Virus record (IMG/VR): IMGVR_UViG_3300027911_000001
Coordinates: 1 to 64,000 of that record
DNA: 64,000 nt
Origin: a virus
Direction: 5' to 3' (one strand)
Shown one piece after another: positions 19,201 to 27,200 of the stretch. The position numbers were made by a program, and so were the translations under genes. The notes under the pieces were generated by a model. That model worked only from the letters and a program-made list of their open reading frames with translations, was not told the origin of the DNA and ran no database searches. Every line of letters starts with the position of its first letter. Positions within the stretch are counted from its first letter, which is position 1.

Positions 19201-21298
19201 TGGCGTCGATATGGGCGGAGCAACCACTATTACAGATTATGGTACTTGGGGTGCTGCGCCTAATACGAGCCATCTTATCAGCAGTTATGCTGGATATCAA
19301 CGCTATTTTAGCGCTTACGGATTTGTTACCAGCCCTTCTACTAAGTATAGTGCCACACACAATGATCAGTCCTTCATAGACAACAATCCCGTTGATGGAT
19401 ATGTCATAAATCATTTTGTTTCTGGGTTTGGCTCAGCTACCAATGTAAAGATAGTGGGCACCACTACATTAGGAGGTACGCCTTTTACTCATGTTATTCC
19501 AAACGCATCCGCAGATCCAAGCTATATATTACAGGGTGCGGCTTCTACCGATGGCAACATCACTGTTACCCCTGCAACTCTAGGATTTCTTGCGACGGGA
19601 CAAACTATAACCTATCAGGCTTGGAGCACAGAGCTAAGTGGTGGTGTTACCATCTATTCGGGCACTTTCGCATCTCACTCCCAAGTATTTCCTAACGATG
19701 GACTATATTATGTAGTTAACTTAACTATTGGCGCTGTTGGTGGCGCCACATATAAACTTGAGAAGGTCGGCACTGGGTATATGCTGAGTGCTACTACTTC
19801 CTTTCAAGACAATAATAGCGTTCCTTGGAATGCATCTAGCACTGTTACTCCAACATCGGGATATATTACTGGGGCCATTATTGAAAGAGGATTTGTCGGG
19901 ACGCCGGGAGAACCTGGATGCGCTCAGTTTAAAAGTACTTCCGTTTATTCTCCATATAATCAATTCTTTTCTAACGGCTCAGAAATTGCTAGGTATGGAA
20001 TGGAGGCCGGAGGAAATTTCTTTATTGCTCCCAATGGACAATATGGGCTTGAAATCGGTACGCAGGGTAATCCTCATACAATTATAGCGGGCGCCAATGG
20101 CCAATCTACCATATTCAACAACTTAGCTCAAACGAATAGCCCGTTCATTATTAAAGGAGCCAATAATGAAATAGTGCATACGGATCCTTTCTACAACACA
20201 TTCTTTTTGGGTAATCATGGCGCTCTTTCTTCTAATCCAAACGCCCAGCTTTCCATCATACCTTGGAATAGCAATTTAGCTATAAACGCAATTCAGCCTG
20301 GTGCGGCTTCTCCGCTTAACGTAGCAATACAGGTGACCGACTCCACTAACGGACAAGCTTTTGGCGTCAGTTGGGGCGGTCGGGCTTGGTTTGCGTTTGG
20401 TGGAAATAAAACAACCTCTAACCTATCTATCGGACAGGGACAAAATAGTCTAGATCAAATTCATTTAGACAACTCCTCAACTCCACCTCCCTTAGCTAGC
20501 AATGATTCTCCTGGGGGGATTAATAGATATGACAATAATGGATATGTGCCAAATGCTAACGCTATCGGCACTCAGTTATTATTTACTGACAAAAACAGTC
20601 ACACATACGCTATTCTAACCAATGTAGATCCGGCTACGGGTGGCTCTGGAAATAACTCTTGCTTCTGGCGTACAGGTACTAATGGTATGCCCGTCCCTGA
20701 CACTGGATTTTTTACAAATAGCACCCATACTCTTTATATTTTTTCAGGTGCGCAAGTTGAGTTTAAGCAAGGCGCTTCGATTGATAATTCTCAGTTCTTA
20801 GGAATAGGGAATGCACTCACAATAGGGGCGAGCAGCGGCCCTAGCAGCAATCCTGGGTTCAGCGGACACATGACTTTTGGTATTAGCAATGCAAGCACCC
20901 AAAGAGTAGGGTTCTTTGGTACAGTTCCAATCGCTCAGCAAGCGAACACGGTAGCAATAGATACGAACTTAATTAACCAAGGGCTGCTTGCAGCTGGTAC
21001 TATTGCTAAATTTGACACGGATGTTAAGATTGGGGTTGTCGGAAAAGGTCTTTATATTAAAGAAGGTACAAACGCAACAATGGGAGTTGCGACTTTGGTG
21101 GCCGGAACTGTCGTTGTTAGCACTACCAAAGTTACCGCTAGTTCTCGTATATTTTTGACTGCACAATCGTTAGGAACAATCACTGTTCCGGCTGCGCTTG
21201 CAGTATCAGCAAGAACAGCCGGAACATCTTTCACAATTTTATCAAGTAATCTTACCGATACTTCGGTAGTTGCTTGGCAAATTATAGAACCAGCATAA
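16259..21298 (+). CDS. tail fibre / large receptor-binding structural protein
   Basis: 1679 aa, rich in Gly/Ser/Thr/Asn. ASGGGTTNFLRADG(A/T)W occurs twice (nt ~16621-16668 and ~17236-17283). NLSGTNTGDVTL occurs twice (~17101 and ~17866). Confidence 0.75.
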   Translation: MAQLIFTENASDPTSPSAGQLSLFAKTDDELYVKTSAGVVYALTGTSAITSLSGDVVASGPGGAVATIQPNVVTNAKLAQMATHTIKGNNTGSAANAADLTATQVTAMLNLFSSSLQGLVPASGGGTTNFLRADGAWAVAGSGSVTSVALSDGSTIPIYSISGSPVTSTGTLTFTLSNQNANLVFAGPATGSAAQPTFRSLVASDIPSLSGIYLPLSGGNLTGNLGLAGGSVGSPSLHFATDTTSGFYRPGVDQINIGILGAPVVNIGTSGVAITGNVSATNLSGTNTGDVTLAPVGASPNANAASLSGQALTLEPFSSAFPGVVSASGGGTTNFLRADGTWSAPPTSPPGGSNTQVQFNNSGSFGGSPLFAWDGSQVLIAGAGENTGGGLANLQLTNTSSETGIDLNNTGTGGRSYNIVSANSGSAVGAGNFSILDATASVARLTINSSGNVGIGNTNPQARLHITGGGVQIGDPGNDQNLTFGGTNSGIYWAASGANIYYSVGSLIFSPVGAPNAFTLQASTGNGIFTGALSASNLSGTNTGDVTLTGENYLTIAGQVITVHPVNLATSNVTGILPGSHVGAGGTPTQMQFNDGGVLGGLGLSAVDNASFFMGLQQATPIAPLHVTGASGVTVAAPASLTSVLVLDPTVTSPTTYTVAQVNSPAAPVITATNLNYIDNPNAGSGVQNTGSGPYICNGQVITYNLYTYLLVGGVRVATGNYYTMTVQDFINDGVTQFYVDLSGFGTGGASFDGYILWKQDNQGYGPYWIDLPGAPTGYTDNGYTNQDAYIVSPYQATGLTWSSGISQYQSIDGTNYTGNYSTNPAGDDSSGRYFYINTTWTVVGLDTYMAVSDIASNHYDLGNTGTFDDYNQSGIPPYTPFASIAFAYFPTGISDGSEVSVTPNESEGGSYNFNGSTYQYNVYEYNTNPVNGIQYCTSGYSFSTGDPNDGSTTGAFDIILNAGTGQGRIITVSVNGGPIVGVDMGGATTITDYGTWGAAPNTSHLISSYAGYQRYFSAYGFVTSPSTKYSATHNDQSFIDNNPVDGYVINHFVSGFGSATNVKIVGTTTLGGTPFTHVIPNASADPSYILQGAASTDGNITVTPATLGFLATGQTITYQAWSTELSGGVTIYSGTFASHSQVFPNDGLYYVVNLTIGAVGGATYKLEKVGTGYMLSATTSFQDNNSVPWNASSTVTPTSGYITGAIIERGFVGTPGEPGCAQFKSTSVYSPYNQFFSNGSEIARYGMEAGGNFFIAPNGQYGLEIGTQGNPHTIIAGANGQSTIFNNLAQTNSPFIIKGANNEIVHTDPFYNTFFLGNHGALSSNPNAQLSIIPWNSNLAINAIQPGAASPLNVAIQVTDSTNGQAFGVSWGGRAWFAFGGNKTTSNLSIGQGQNSLDQIHLDNSSTPPPLASNDSPGGINRYDNNGYVPNANAIGTQLLFTDKNSHTYAILTNVDPATGGSGNNSCFWRTGTNGMPVPDTGFFTNSTHTLYIFSGAQVEFKQGASIDNSQFLGIGNALTIGASSGPSSNPGFSGHMTFGISNASTQRVGFFGTVPIAQQANTVAIDTNLINQGLLAAGTIAKFDTDVKIGVVGKGLYIKEGTNATMGVATLVAGTVVVSTTKVTASSRIFLTAQSLGTITVPAALAVSARTAGTSFTILSSNLTDTSVVAWQIIEPA

Positions 21299-21309
21299 AG
21301 GAAAAATAT

Positions 21310-21627
21310 ATGGCATTAACTTTAGATAAACCAATCATTGTAGCAAATAAACAGAACATTAAATTTCTAACTGTATCTATTAATAGTACAATTAGTGGAC
21401 TACAGGCGGTTCTTGTTGCAGCCATTTCTGATGAAAATGGTAAGTTTGTGGAACAGATATCCAAAATCTATACCGGGACAGACTTTGATAATTTTTGGAA
21501 AGGCTTTAATACCGGAACATTTCTTTATCAAGAAATAGCCAAATTAGCCGGAGCACCAATTCCAGCCCCATTAACGATGGAAAACCTATTCTTAAACGTT
21601 CAACCGAATCCGCCACCTAAGAAATAG
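21310..21627 (+). CDS. hypothetical protein
   Basis: Start placed at ATG 21310 after AAAGGAAAAA. The track ORF starts at 21274, inside the fibre gene. Confidence 0.65.
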   Translation: MALTLDKPIIVANKQNIKFLTVSINSTISGLQAVLVAAISDENGKFVEQISKIYTGTDFDNFWKGFNTGTFLYQEIAKLAGAPIPAPLTMENLFLNVQPNPPPKK

Positions 21628-22026
21628 TTATCGGCCTATAAGACGAGCTGTAACTAAGCCTGCACCAATAATAGTTAGTGCTCCTAAACCAAAGTATAGC
21701 CATTGATTCGTACGCTCCATAGAATCAATTTTGGTTAATCGATCTTCTAGTTGCGAAGACGTGTTCGTCCATAATTGGACGCGTTTATCGCTCATGTCTA
21801 GAGCTAAATCTTTTAATTGAATAGCTTTAGTTAAATCCTGTATCTGAGCGTCCTTTGCTTTATTGTCCTCTACTAATTTACCTACACAGATATGAAGGTC
21901 CTCAGGATATTTATAATACGTACCATCTGCCGATGGCTGAATTTTACTCCAGTCACAGCTTTGGTCCGCTAAGACCACATTAGAAACCATTAAAAACAAA
22001 AGCAAAACAGAAATTAACTTTTTCAT
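21628..22026 (-). CDS. signal-peptide + coiled-coil + C-terminal TM protein (spanin-like topology)
   Basis: N-terminal hydrophobic leader, a helical middle, and the C-terminal segment YFGLGALTIIGAGLVTARLIG. Last gene of a three-gene membrane cassette. Confidence 0.4.
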   Translation of the reverse strand: MKKLISVLLLFLMVSNVVLADQSCDWSKIQPSADGTYYKYPEDLHICVGKLVEDNKAKDAQIQDLTKAIQLKDLALDMSDKRVQLWTNTSSQLEDRLTKIDSMERTNQWLYFGLGALTIIGAGLVTARLIGR

Positions 22027-22325
22027 TTTTTCTTATACCAATCCTTGTCCACGTTTTGTTCTTTGGAAGGTTCTTGTTGAGCTTGCACTACTAAGGCATC
22101 CGCCTGAGTATTCGCGGTATTCTCCTGGCTAGCTAGCTTCGCATCTTGCTTAATAGCGTTATCTTCAACCCTTTTAGCACTACCTACCAATAAACTAATC
22201 AAAATGTCTCTGAATTTGACAACGACGACCCCGACGGCTATTAGAATAAATAGGCCTTTTTCCTTATCAAAAAGATCAATTAATTGCTGTTTTAACTTCG
22301 CTAAGAAAGCTTTTAGACTATTCAT
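22023..22325 (-). CDS. single-pass membrane protein
   Basis: 100 aa with one TM segment (LFILIAVGVVVV). ATGA-coupled. Confidence 0.6.
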   Translation of the reverse strand: MNSLKAFLAKLKQQLIDLFDKEKGLFILIAVGVVVVKFRDILISLLVGSAKRVEDNAIKQDAKLASQENTANTQADALVVQAQQEPSKEQNVDKDWYKKK

Positions 22326-22555
22326 TTTGAATCCCTCTTAGCGTTCAAATGGGCAGTTAGGATCTCGCCAATATGATCTACTCCAGCCGCGCCCATAAAA
22401 GCAATCCCTACGCCTTTTAAACAGTCCATTACCGACTCCCCGGACACTCCACCCTTAAAGTGCATTATGCCCCCAAAGGCCATAATGGAGAGATAGACTA
22501 TAGTCTTCCTCAATCCAACAAAAAGCTCTAGAAAATCCAATACATATTGTTTCAT
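22322..22555 (-). CDS. small two-TM membrane protein, holin-like
   Basis: 77 aa with two hydrophobic segments and a charged C-terminus. First gene of the membrane cassette. Confidence 0.4.
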   Translation of the reverse strand: MKQYVLDFLELFVGLRKTIVYLSIMAFGGIMHFKGGVSGESVMDCLKGVGIAFMGAAGVDHIGEILTAHLNAKRDSK

Positions 22556-22703
22556 TTTAAACCTCTTAAAAACTCATAGACTCTATAAAACGATAAACCT
22601 AAACAAATACACATTGCTATAAAAGCCAATAATCGTCCTTTTGCCATAACTACCTTAGTATATCATAACTTCATATTAATCTTTAATTAATAAGAGGGCG
22701 CCT

Positions 22704-23081
22704 ATGGGATCACTAAATTTCAATGATATTTTGACTTTAGCCGGTGGAATTTCCGTCATTTCTGGCGCCGTATATGCGGTAATGAAAATCCTAAGAGAAA
22801 TCAGAAAAGCTAAGAAAGAAAGTGCCGAAAAGATCTTAGAAGAAGCTAAAGAGTACGATAACGAACTCAAAGCTAAATTAGAGAACAGAATTGATATTTT
22901 AGAGCTAGATCTTCATAATTTAAAATCTAGCGTAGTTAAAGATATTAAGAACTTAAAAGAAAATCACGCAATAGAATTAGCTAATTTAGCAGATAAGATC
23001 CAAGTTTTAAGAAACGACTTACAATCGCAGCACGCCTCAGTCTTGGATTTGCTCACACAATTGGTCAAAAATACTAGATAG
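22704..23081 (+). CDS. N-terminal TM + coiled-coil protein
   Basis: 125-aa ORF with a hydrophobic N-terminus followed by a heptad-like charged region. Confidence 0.65.
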   Translation: MGSLNFNDILTLAGGISVISGAVYAVMKILREIRKAKKESAEKILEEAKEYDNELKAKLENRIDILELDLHNLKSSVVKDIKNLKENHAIELANLADKIQVLRNDLQSQHASVLDLLTQLVKNTR

Positions 23082-23264
23082 CTACTTTTTAAGTCTTTCT
23101 ACTGCTTCCCTAAGTAATTCTTCAGCTTTTTCTTCTAATTGCATTTTTTCAACTTCTCTATCAATATCCAATTGATCTGTTATACACAAGGAACTGTACT
23201 CGTATTGTCCCAGCCATCCCCACTTATGTAAAACTAGTCGTCTATAAGCATCTATTTTATCCAT
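23082..23264 (-). CDS. small hypothetical protein
   Basis: 60-aa ORF packed in the operon. Confidence 0.6.
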   Translation of the reverse strand: MDKIDAYRRLVLHKWGWLGQYEYSSLCITDQLDIDREVEKMQLEEKAEELLREAVERLKK

Positions 23265-23266
23265 AT

Positions 23267-23518
23267 CTACTCCTGAGCAAATCCATAAGATCCAACCGCT
23301 GTTTCGATACTTAATAGATCTACAGAACTAACATAGATACTAAATGGCTCCATGTCATCCAAGAAAAATACTGTCACTACCTTAACAGGTCTCTCTTGAA
23401 TTATTGAATCCTGAGCCGCTACCATCTTAACCGCATTAGGATTAAAGGTAACAGACATATCATCTTCGGGTTTCTCACCATAGGAAAGTACTGTTAAAAC
23501 GCGCATATCTACATTCAT
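23267..23518 (-). CDS. small hypothetical protein
   Basis: 83-aa ORF, ATGA-coupled. Confidence 0.65.
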   Translation of the reverse strand: MNVDMRVLTVLSYGEKPEDDMSVTFNPNAVKMVAAQDSIIQERPVKVVTVFFLDDMEPFSIYVSSVDLLSIETAVGSYGFAQE

Positions 23519-23712
23519 TCTCTGTGATCTCCTCTAGGGTCGCATTGGCCTTCTGTTCCAAAATAATCCATGGAGTGAAGTTCGTCTAAATGTTCGTTTA
23601 GCCATTCGGCTTCAAGTTTAAGATTTTCTTTACAGCTTTCTTCTTCTAAAAAATCAGCAAAAGCTCTTAAATGCTTCACTACTGTTTTTGATGTAGTCTT
23701 TTTTGTTTTCAT
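23515..23712 (-). CDS. small hypothetical protein
   Basis: Start moved to ATG 23712 (MKTKKTT...), ATGA-coupled to the upstream mini-ORF. Confidence 0.6.
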   Translation of the reverse strand: MKTKKTTSKTVVKHLRAFADFLEEESCKENLKLEAEWLNEHLDELHSMDYFGTEGQCDPRGDHRE

Positions 23713-23858
23713 TTTTTTACTTCCTTCTTCAATTCTGGGTATACATAAAGGCCGCAATTATAGCAAGCCCATCCTTGAGCGAACCTAACAAAATTTGTTT
23801 GCCCGCACTTGTTGCATTTATTGCAACTACTGTTACTTTTGACTAATTTAATGGTCAT
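23709..23858 (-). CDS. zinc-ribbon mini-protein (49 aa)
   Basis: Manual translation gives MTIKLVKSNSSCNKCNKCGQ...CYNCG, with CxxC pairs. Overlaps neighbours by 1 nt and 4 nt. Below the track size cut-off. Confidence 0.5.
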   Translation of the reverse strand: MTIKLVKSNSSCNKCNKCGQTNFVRFAQGWACYNCGLYVYPELKKEVKK

Positions 23859-24136
23859 TAACTAGCCACTCTAGTAGAAATGTCTTTTTGAAAAGTATAC
23901 ATAAAAGTCCCAAAGATACCAAAGACAGCTGCGTTTAGACCATCGATATCCATGTCTTCTACGGCTTTTTCGATTTCCGAAAGATCAATCCCTAACTTCT
24001 GAGTCATATAAACAACAAGTTCTTTTAGAGTACCATGTCTTGGATTATTGCCATCGCATTCAATAATCCATTGGTCTAATTCTGGAAAGGGTCTGTAGAT
24101 CACTGTTGAGGAAAGTTTGCTAAATTGGTAGTTCAT
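23858..24136 (-). CDS. hypothetical protein
   Basis: 92-aa ORF. Confidence 0.65.
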   Translation of the reverse strand: MNYQFSKLSSTVIYRPFPELDQWIIECDGNNPRHGTLKELVVYMTQKLGIDLSEIEKAVEDMDIDGLNAAVFGIFGTFMYTFQKDISTRVAS

Positions 24137-24145
24137 GTTTTCTCC

Positions 24146-24523
24146 TTAAAAGCTTTTATTAAAAGCCTCATCTAAGATCTTATCAAAGTCTTCAGAATTT
24201 GCAACATCTTTTTTTGAGGGATTGAATTTCTTTTTAACGAACTTAGGATCGATTTTATCAAAATTAAGCTTATATCGATTTGAATAGCCGGTATTGCCCT
24301 TCTTATAACTGATTAAGCCCTTGTCTTTTAAGGATTTAATACAAGTATTTACGGTTTTATCAGAAAATCCAGTCGTTTCGGCAATGTTCTTAATCGATGG
24401 ATAGATATCTTTACGGTTTTGAAATGACATAAGATAAACTAAAATTGTAAATTCGCTGCCATTGAGCTTATGATTATAGACCCCCAGGGGAAGTCTTAAA
24501 AAATTGCCATGTTTCTGTTCCAT
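24146..24523 (-). CDS. winged-helix/HTH DNA-binding protein
   Basis: The SIKNIAETTGFSDKTVNTCIKSLKDKGLI segment has a helix-turn-helix pattern. First gene after the divergent control region. Confidence 0.5.
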   Translation of the reverse strand: MEQKHGNFLRLPLGVYNHKLNGSEFTILVYLMSFQNRKDIYPSIKNIAETTGFSDKTVNTCIKSLKDKGLISYKKGNTGYSNRYKLNFDKIDPKFVKKKFNPSKKDVANSEDFDKILDEAFNKSF

Positions 24524-24543
24524 ATCAAATCTCCTACAGCTAC

Positions 24544-24570
24544 GTTATATCATATCTGAGGAAATGTCAA
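24544..24570 (-). promoter_or_regulatory. sigma70-type promoter for leftward operon
   Basis: On the minus strand: TTGACA-15 nt-TATAAC with a TGa extended -10. AGGAG SD downstream. Confidence 0.4.
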
Positions 24571-24666
24571 GAAAAATCCTTTTAATATTAAACTTATGTA
24601 ATTTTTACGTACCACAAAGACTCACTCACAAACAATAAGACTCTAATAAAATTTTCAATTTTTGAA

Positions 24667-24694
24667 AACGGGAACGGGAACGGGAACGGGAACG
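24667..24694. repeat. (AACGGG) x4.7 tandem hexamer
   Basis: Perfect tandem copies in the 407-nt divergent intergenic region. Confidence 0.9.
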
Positions 24695-24797
24695 CAATCC
24701 GTACAGCACTACCTATAGAATAGTCTATGTCTTAAGCCCCGTCTTTGTCTATGGCTCGGCAACAGCATATAAAACGTAATAAAATCAGGGGGTGAAA

Positions 24798-24842
24798 TTT
24801 GGGTTTTGGTCTGATTTTGGCTTATAGGCCGTTATCTTTTGG
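24798..24842. repeat. TTT(T)GG iteron-like cluster (4 copies)
   Basis: TTTGGG at 24798, and TTTTGG at 24804, 24815 and 24837. Confidence 0.6.
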
Positions 24843-24913
24843 TTTATGCGACCTGGGGGATCATTTAATCGTTTAAACCTTGCCACGAGGCTGGGAACCA
24901 TCTTCTAGCAAAT

Positions 24914-24922
24914 TGTGATATA
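24914..24922 (+). promoter_or_regulatory. TGTGATATA box exactly 8 nt before an SD-less ATG (extended -10 / leaderless candidate)
   Basis: Same box and spacing occur at 25140, 42588 and 42735. Confidence 0.45.
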
Positions 24923-24930
24923 TACAGATC

Positions 24931-25137
24931 ATGGATATAGTTTGGCTGTACAAACATTTGAAAATGAGAATCAAGATGTTCTCAGAGCGCAAAACCTATA
25001 AGACTCAAAGGGAAAGAGATTGGGATAGGGCTTATGCTTCTGCGTTCGAGGACGTATTACGTTGGATTAGGCGTGAAGCCGTAGAGGAAAGACTTAAACG
25101 TAGGGCTGCCCGCAAGTATATGAACAAACATTGGTAA
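24931..25137 (+). CDS. small basic hypothetical protein
   Basis: 68-aa ORF with no SD. Preceded by the TGTGATATA box. Confidence 0.55.
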   Translation: MDIVWLYKHLKMRIKMFSERKTYKTQRERDWDRAYASAFEDVLRWIRREAVEERLKRRAARKYMNKHW

Positions 25138-25139
25138 GT

Positions 25140-25148
25140 TATGATATA
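25140..25148 (+). promoter_or_regulatory. TATGATATA box 8 nt before an SD-less ATG
   Basis: See 24914. Confidence 0.45.
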
Positions 25149-25156
25149 TACTGGTA

Positions 25157-25633
25157 ATGGATAAGCCAAAAGAAGAATTGAAACAAGAAAAAGAAGACAT
25201 TTTTATCAATGGCGATGGAACCGCTACCTACTTTATCAGGGAAGAGTCCGATATCATGGGCACTGTTTCTGGCCCATTTCAGTTCAAATGCATCCTTACC
25301 CCAATGGATCAGCTCTTAGCCGGTAAAGAATATAAGAATCTTATTGGCCAAAATATAGCTGAAAGCGCTGAGAACGACCGCTTTTTGGCTTGGAGCTTAT
25401 CTCAGTTACGTTACCGAATTCTTAAATCCCCTCCATTTTGGACTTCGGCCCCCGAGTATCCTGGTAATATCGATGACCAAAATATTATAGCTATTATTTT
25501 AGATAAAGCTATTACCTCGGAAAAACTCTACAAGCAACAATTAAAACAACGTAAAGAAGAGGCCTTAACTAAGGCTTCTGACGCTTTAAAGGCAATGCAA
25601 GAGGCTTCTAATCCAAAACCAGAGCTAGAGTAG
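25157..25633 (+). CDS. hypothetical protein
   Basis: 158-aa ORF. Confidence 0.7.
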   Translation: MDKPKEELKQEKEDIFINGDGTATYFIREESDIMGTVSGPFQFKCILTPMDQLLAGKEYKNLIGQNIAESAENDRFLAWSLSQLRYRILKSPPFWTSAPEYPGNIDDQNIIAIILDKAITSEKLYKQQLKQRKEEALTKASDALKAMQEASNPKPELE

Positions 25634-25638
25634 GCTTT

Positions 25639-26145
25639 GTGTCTATTATTAACGAATTTACTTTTTTTGACTTAATTCAAACAGCTCAGGCTATTGCTAT
25701 AGCTGGTAGGCTGTCTCCTGATGAAAAATACATTTATGATAGAGTTTGTAGGGAATATAGCAAAGATTTTTCCACGCCATTGCATATTGTTCATACGTTA
25801 AATCCTGAATTTGTATTAACGAACTATTACGCCGAGCAGTTCTCTAATTGGAATTTGGAAGAGTCAGCTGACGAAATTCGCGATATGATTGGCGCATTAA
25901 ACGATCCTGAGTATGATGCTAAACGTGAAGCAGAATTGCGCGAGATGGATAGAAGAATGTTAGCAGAAGAAGAAGAGCGCGTAAAAGACAACAAAGCCAT
26001 TCATCCTGTATTGGAAAAGAAAAAGTCTGCCGTTATAATGCCTGAAGAAAATATAGTACCGGAGGGTTTACCGAAATCTGGAGGTTTGAATTCTAAATTG
26101 ATTCAGCAGTTACGTAATGATGGTGGAGAATCTGAGGGATTCTAG
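25639..26145 (+). CDS. hypothetical protein (GTG start)
   Basis: 168-aa ORF with no in-frame ATG near the 5' end. Confidence 0.7.
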   Translation: MSIINEFTFFDLIQTAQAIAIAGRLSPDEKYIYDRVCREYSKDFSTPLHIVHTLNPEFVLTNYYAEQFSNWNLEESADEIRDMIGALNDPEYDAKREAELREMDRRMLAEEEERVKDNKAIHPVLEKKKSAVIMPEENIVPEGLPKSGGLNSKLIQQLRNDGGESEGF

Positions 26146-26363
26146 ATCTCTGTCGGCCATGGACTAATAAGCGGCGGAGTTAAAACCGTATACATTGACA
26201 ATGGTTGATTATCGGTTTCAAAAGTTCTATTCTCTGTTGTTTTACAAAATTGACAAATTCTACCCATATTGACTATCTTTGGTCCCAAAACAAGCCCATG
26301 AGAACTATAGTAAGTAAGCCAGTTATGTCCATCAATTTCGCACCATTGTTCTAATTCGCTCAT
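26142..26363 (-). CDS. small hypothetical protein
   Basis: 73-aa ORF, convergent with 25639..26145 with a 4-nt overlap. Confidence 0.6.
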   Translation of the reverse strand: MSELEQWCEIDGHNWLTYYSSHGLVLGPKIVNMGRICQFCKTTENRTFETDNQPLSMYTVLTPPLISPWPTEI

Positions 26364-26366
26364 GGT

Positions 26367-26708
26367 CTATTCGACCTCAGTATCTAAAAATCTTTGGATG
26401 GTTTCATGAACAATATTGCCGTAATCATTGCGAATATCATCGTGCGCTTTTTGAAAAAAAGTAAGGCCTATTATATCAAAAGGCATCAGTTCTTCAAGAT
26501 CGGGATGCTGAAGTAATAAATATTTAACGGGAGCTTCGCAATAAAGACCCTTATGATTATCTGGGATAAAACATCCCACAGCGCATCGATTTTTTTCATT
26601 ATCTAAATAGGTGCATGTAGAGCCGATCATGGCCCTGCGACCGTTATTATATTTTTTAACCTGCTCCATTACTTTTTCTTTAGTCCAACCATTAATTAAT
26701 TTAATCAT
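26367..26708 (-). CDS. hypothetical protein
   Basis: 113-aa ORF. Confidence 0.7.
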   Translation of the reverse strand: MIKLINGWTKEKVMEQVKKYNNGRRAMIGSTCTYLDNEKNRCAVGCFIPDNHKGLYCEAPVKYLLLQHPDLEELMPFDIIGLTFFQKAHDDIRNDYGNIVHETIQRFLDTEVE

Positions 26709-26796
26709 ATTTCTCCTTAAGAAATTACTGTATTAACGGCCCAAATAAGAGCTATAGCTGCCAATAAGTATAGAGCAAGTCCTTCTATTAATTTGG

Positions 26797-27009
26797 TCAT
26801 TTTTTGGTTTCCATTTTAAAAACTCTTGTAAACCATCCACATTTAGAATTCCAAGTATTTTTAAAACATCCTCTTTTCCATTTAGTAACAATGGGCCAAT
26901 CAAGCGCTTCTCTTTTGGCTTCTATGTAACTTTTGTGTATGCTTACAACATAACGTCCACATTCACTTTTATAATACTCTCTTTCTACAATCCAAACTTT
27001 CATCCTCAA
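26797..27009 (-). CDS. small hypothetical protein
   Basis: 70-aa ORF. Its MKVWIV N-terminus resembles 28732..28914 and 28559..28735. Confidence 0.6.
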   Translation of the reverse strand: MRMKVWIVEREYYKSECGRYVVSIHKSYIEAKREALDWPIVTKWKRGCFKNTWNSKCGWFTRVFKMETKK

Positions 27010-27034
27010 ATCTCCCTAAATAAAAGTGAAATGC

Positions 27035-27199
27035 TCATTTTGCTTTATCTAAATTTTCTGACTCCACTACCCAATCCTCTTGGACTAAATCGAGAACTTT
27101 TATTACACAACTATCAGTAATGTCAATATAGTATTCCCATCGTGCTCTTTTTATTCTTTTTCCTTGTTTAAGAAACACAATCGCTTCTTTTAATTTCAT
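27035..27199 (-). CDS. DUF2829/Tad2-like mini-protein
   Basis: MKLKEAIVFLKQGKRIKRARW ... LVQEDWVV matches the F-x-EA-x-x-LK-x-GKK-x-x-R-x-x-W start and DW end remembered for DUF2829. Start moved to ATG 27199, just after the integrase stop. Confidence 0.4.
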   Translation of the reverse strand: MKLKEAIVFLKQGKRIKRARWEYYIDITDSCVIKVLDLVQEDWVVESENLDKAK

Positions 27200-27200
27200 A

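Noticed and set aside
16606-21464. Many 60-99-aa antisense or off-frame ORFs inside and just downstream of the 5-kb tail fibre gene (the last, 21282..21464, lies antisense to 21310..21627)
   Set aside because: They are expected by chance in a long, stop-poor Gly/Thr/Ala-rich gene. There are no SDs, and all but the last are fully contained in the fibre ORF.
21628-22026. Calling this an outer-membrane lipoprotein (o-spanin or u-spanin)
   Set aside because: The first Cys follows LADQS, which is not a lipobox. Only the topology (signal peptide plus C-terminal TM) is spanin-like, so the call is kept at low confidence.
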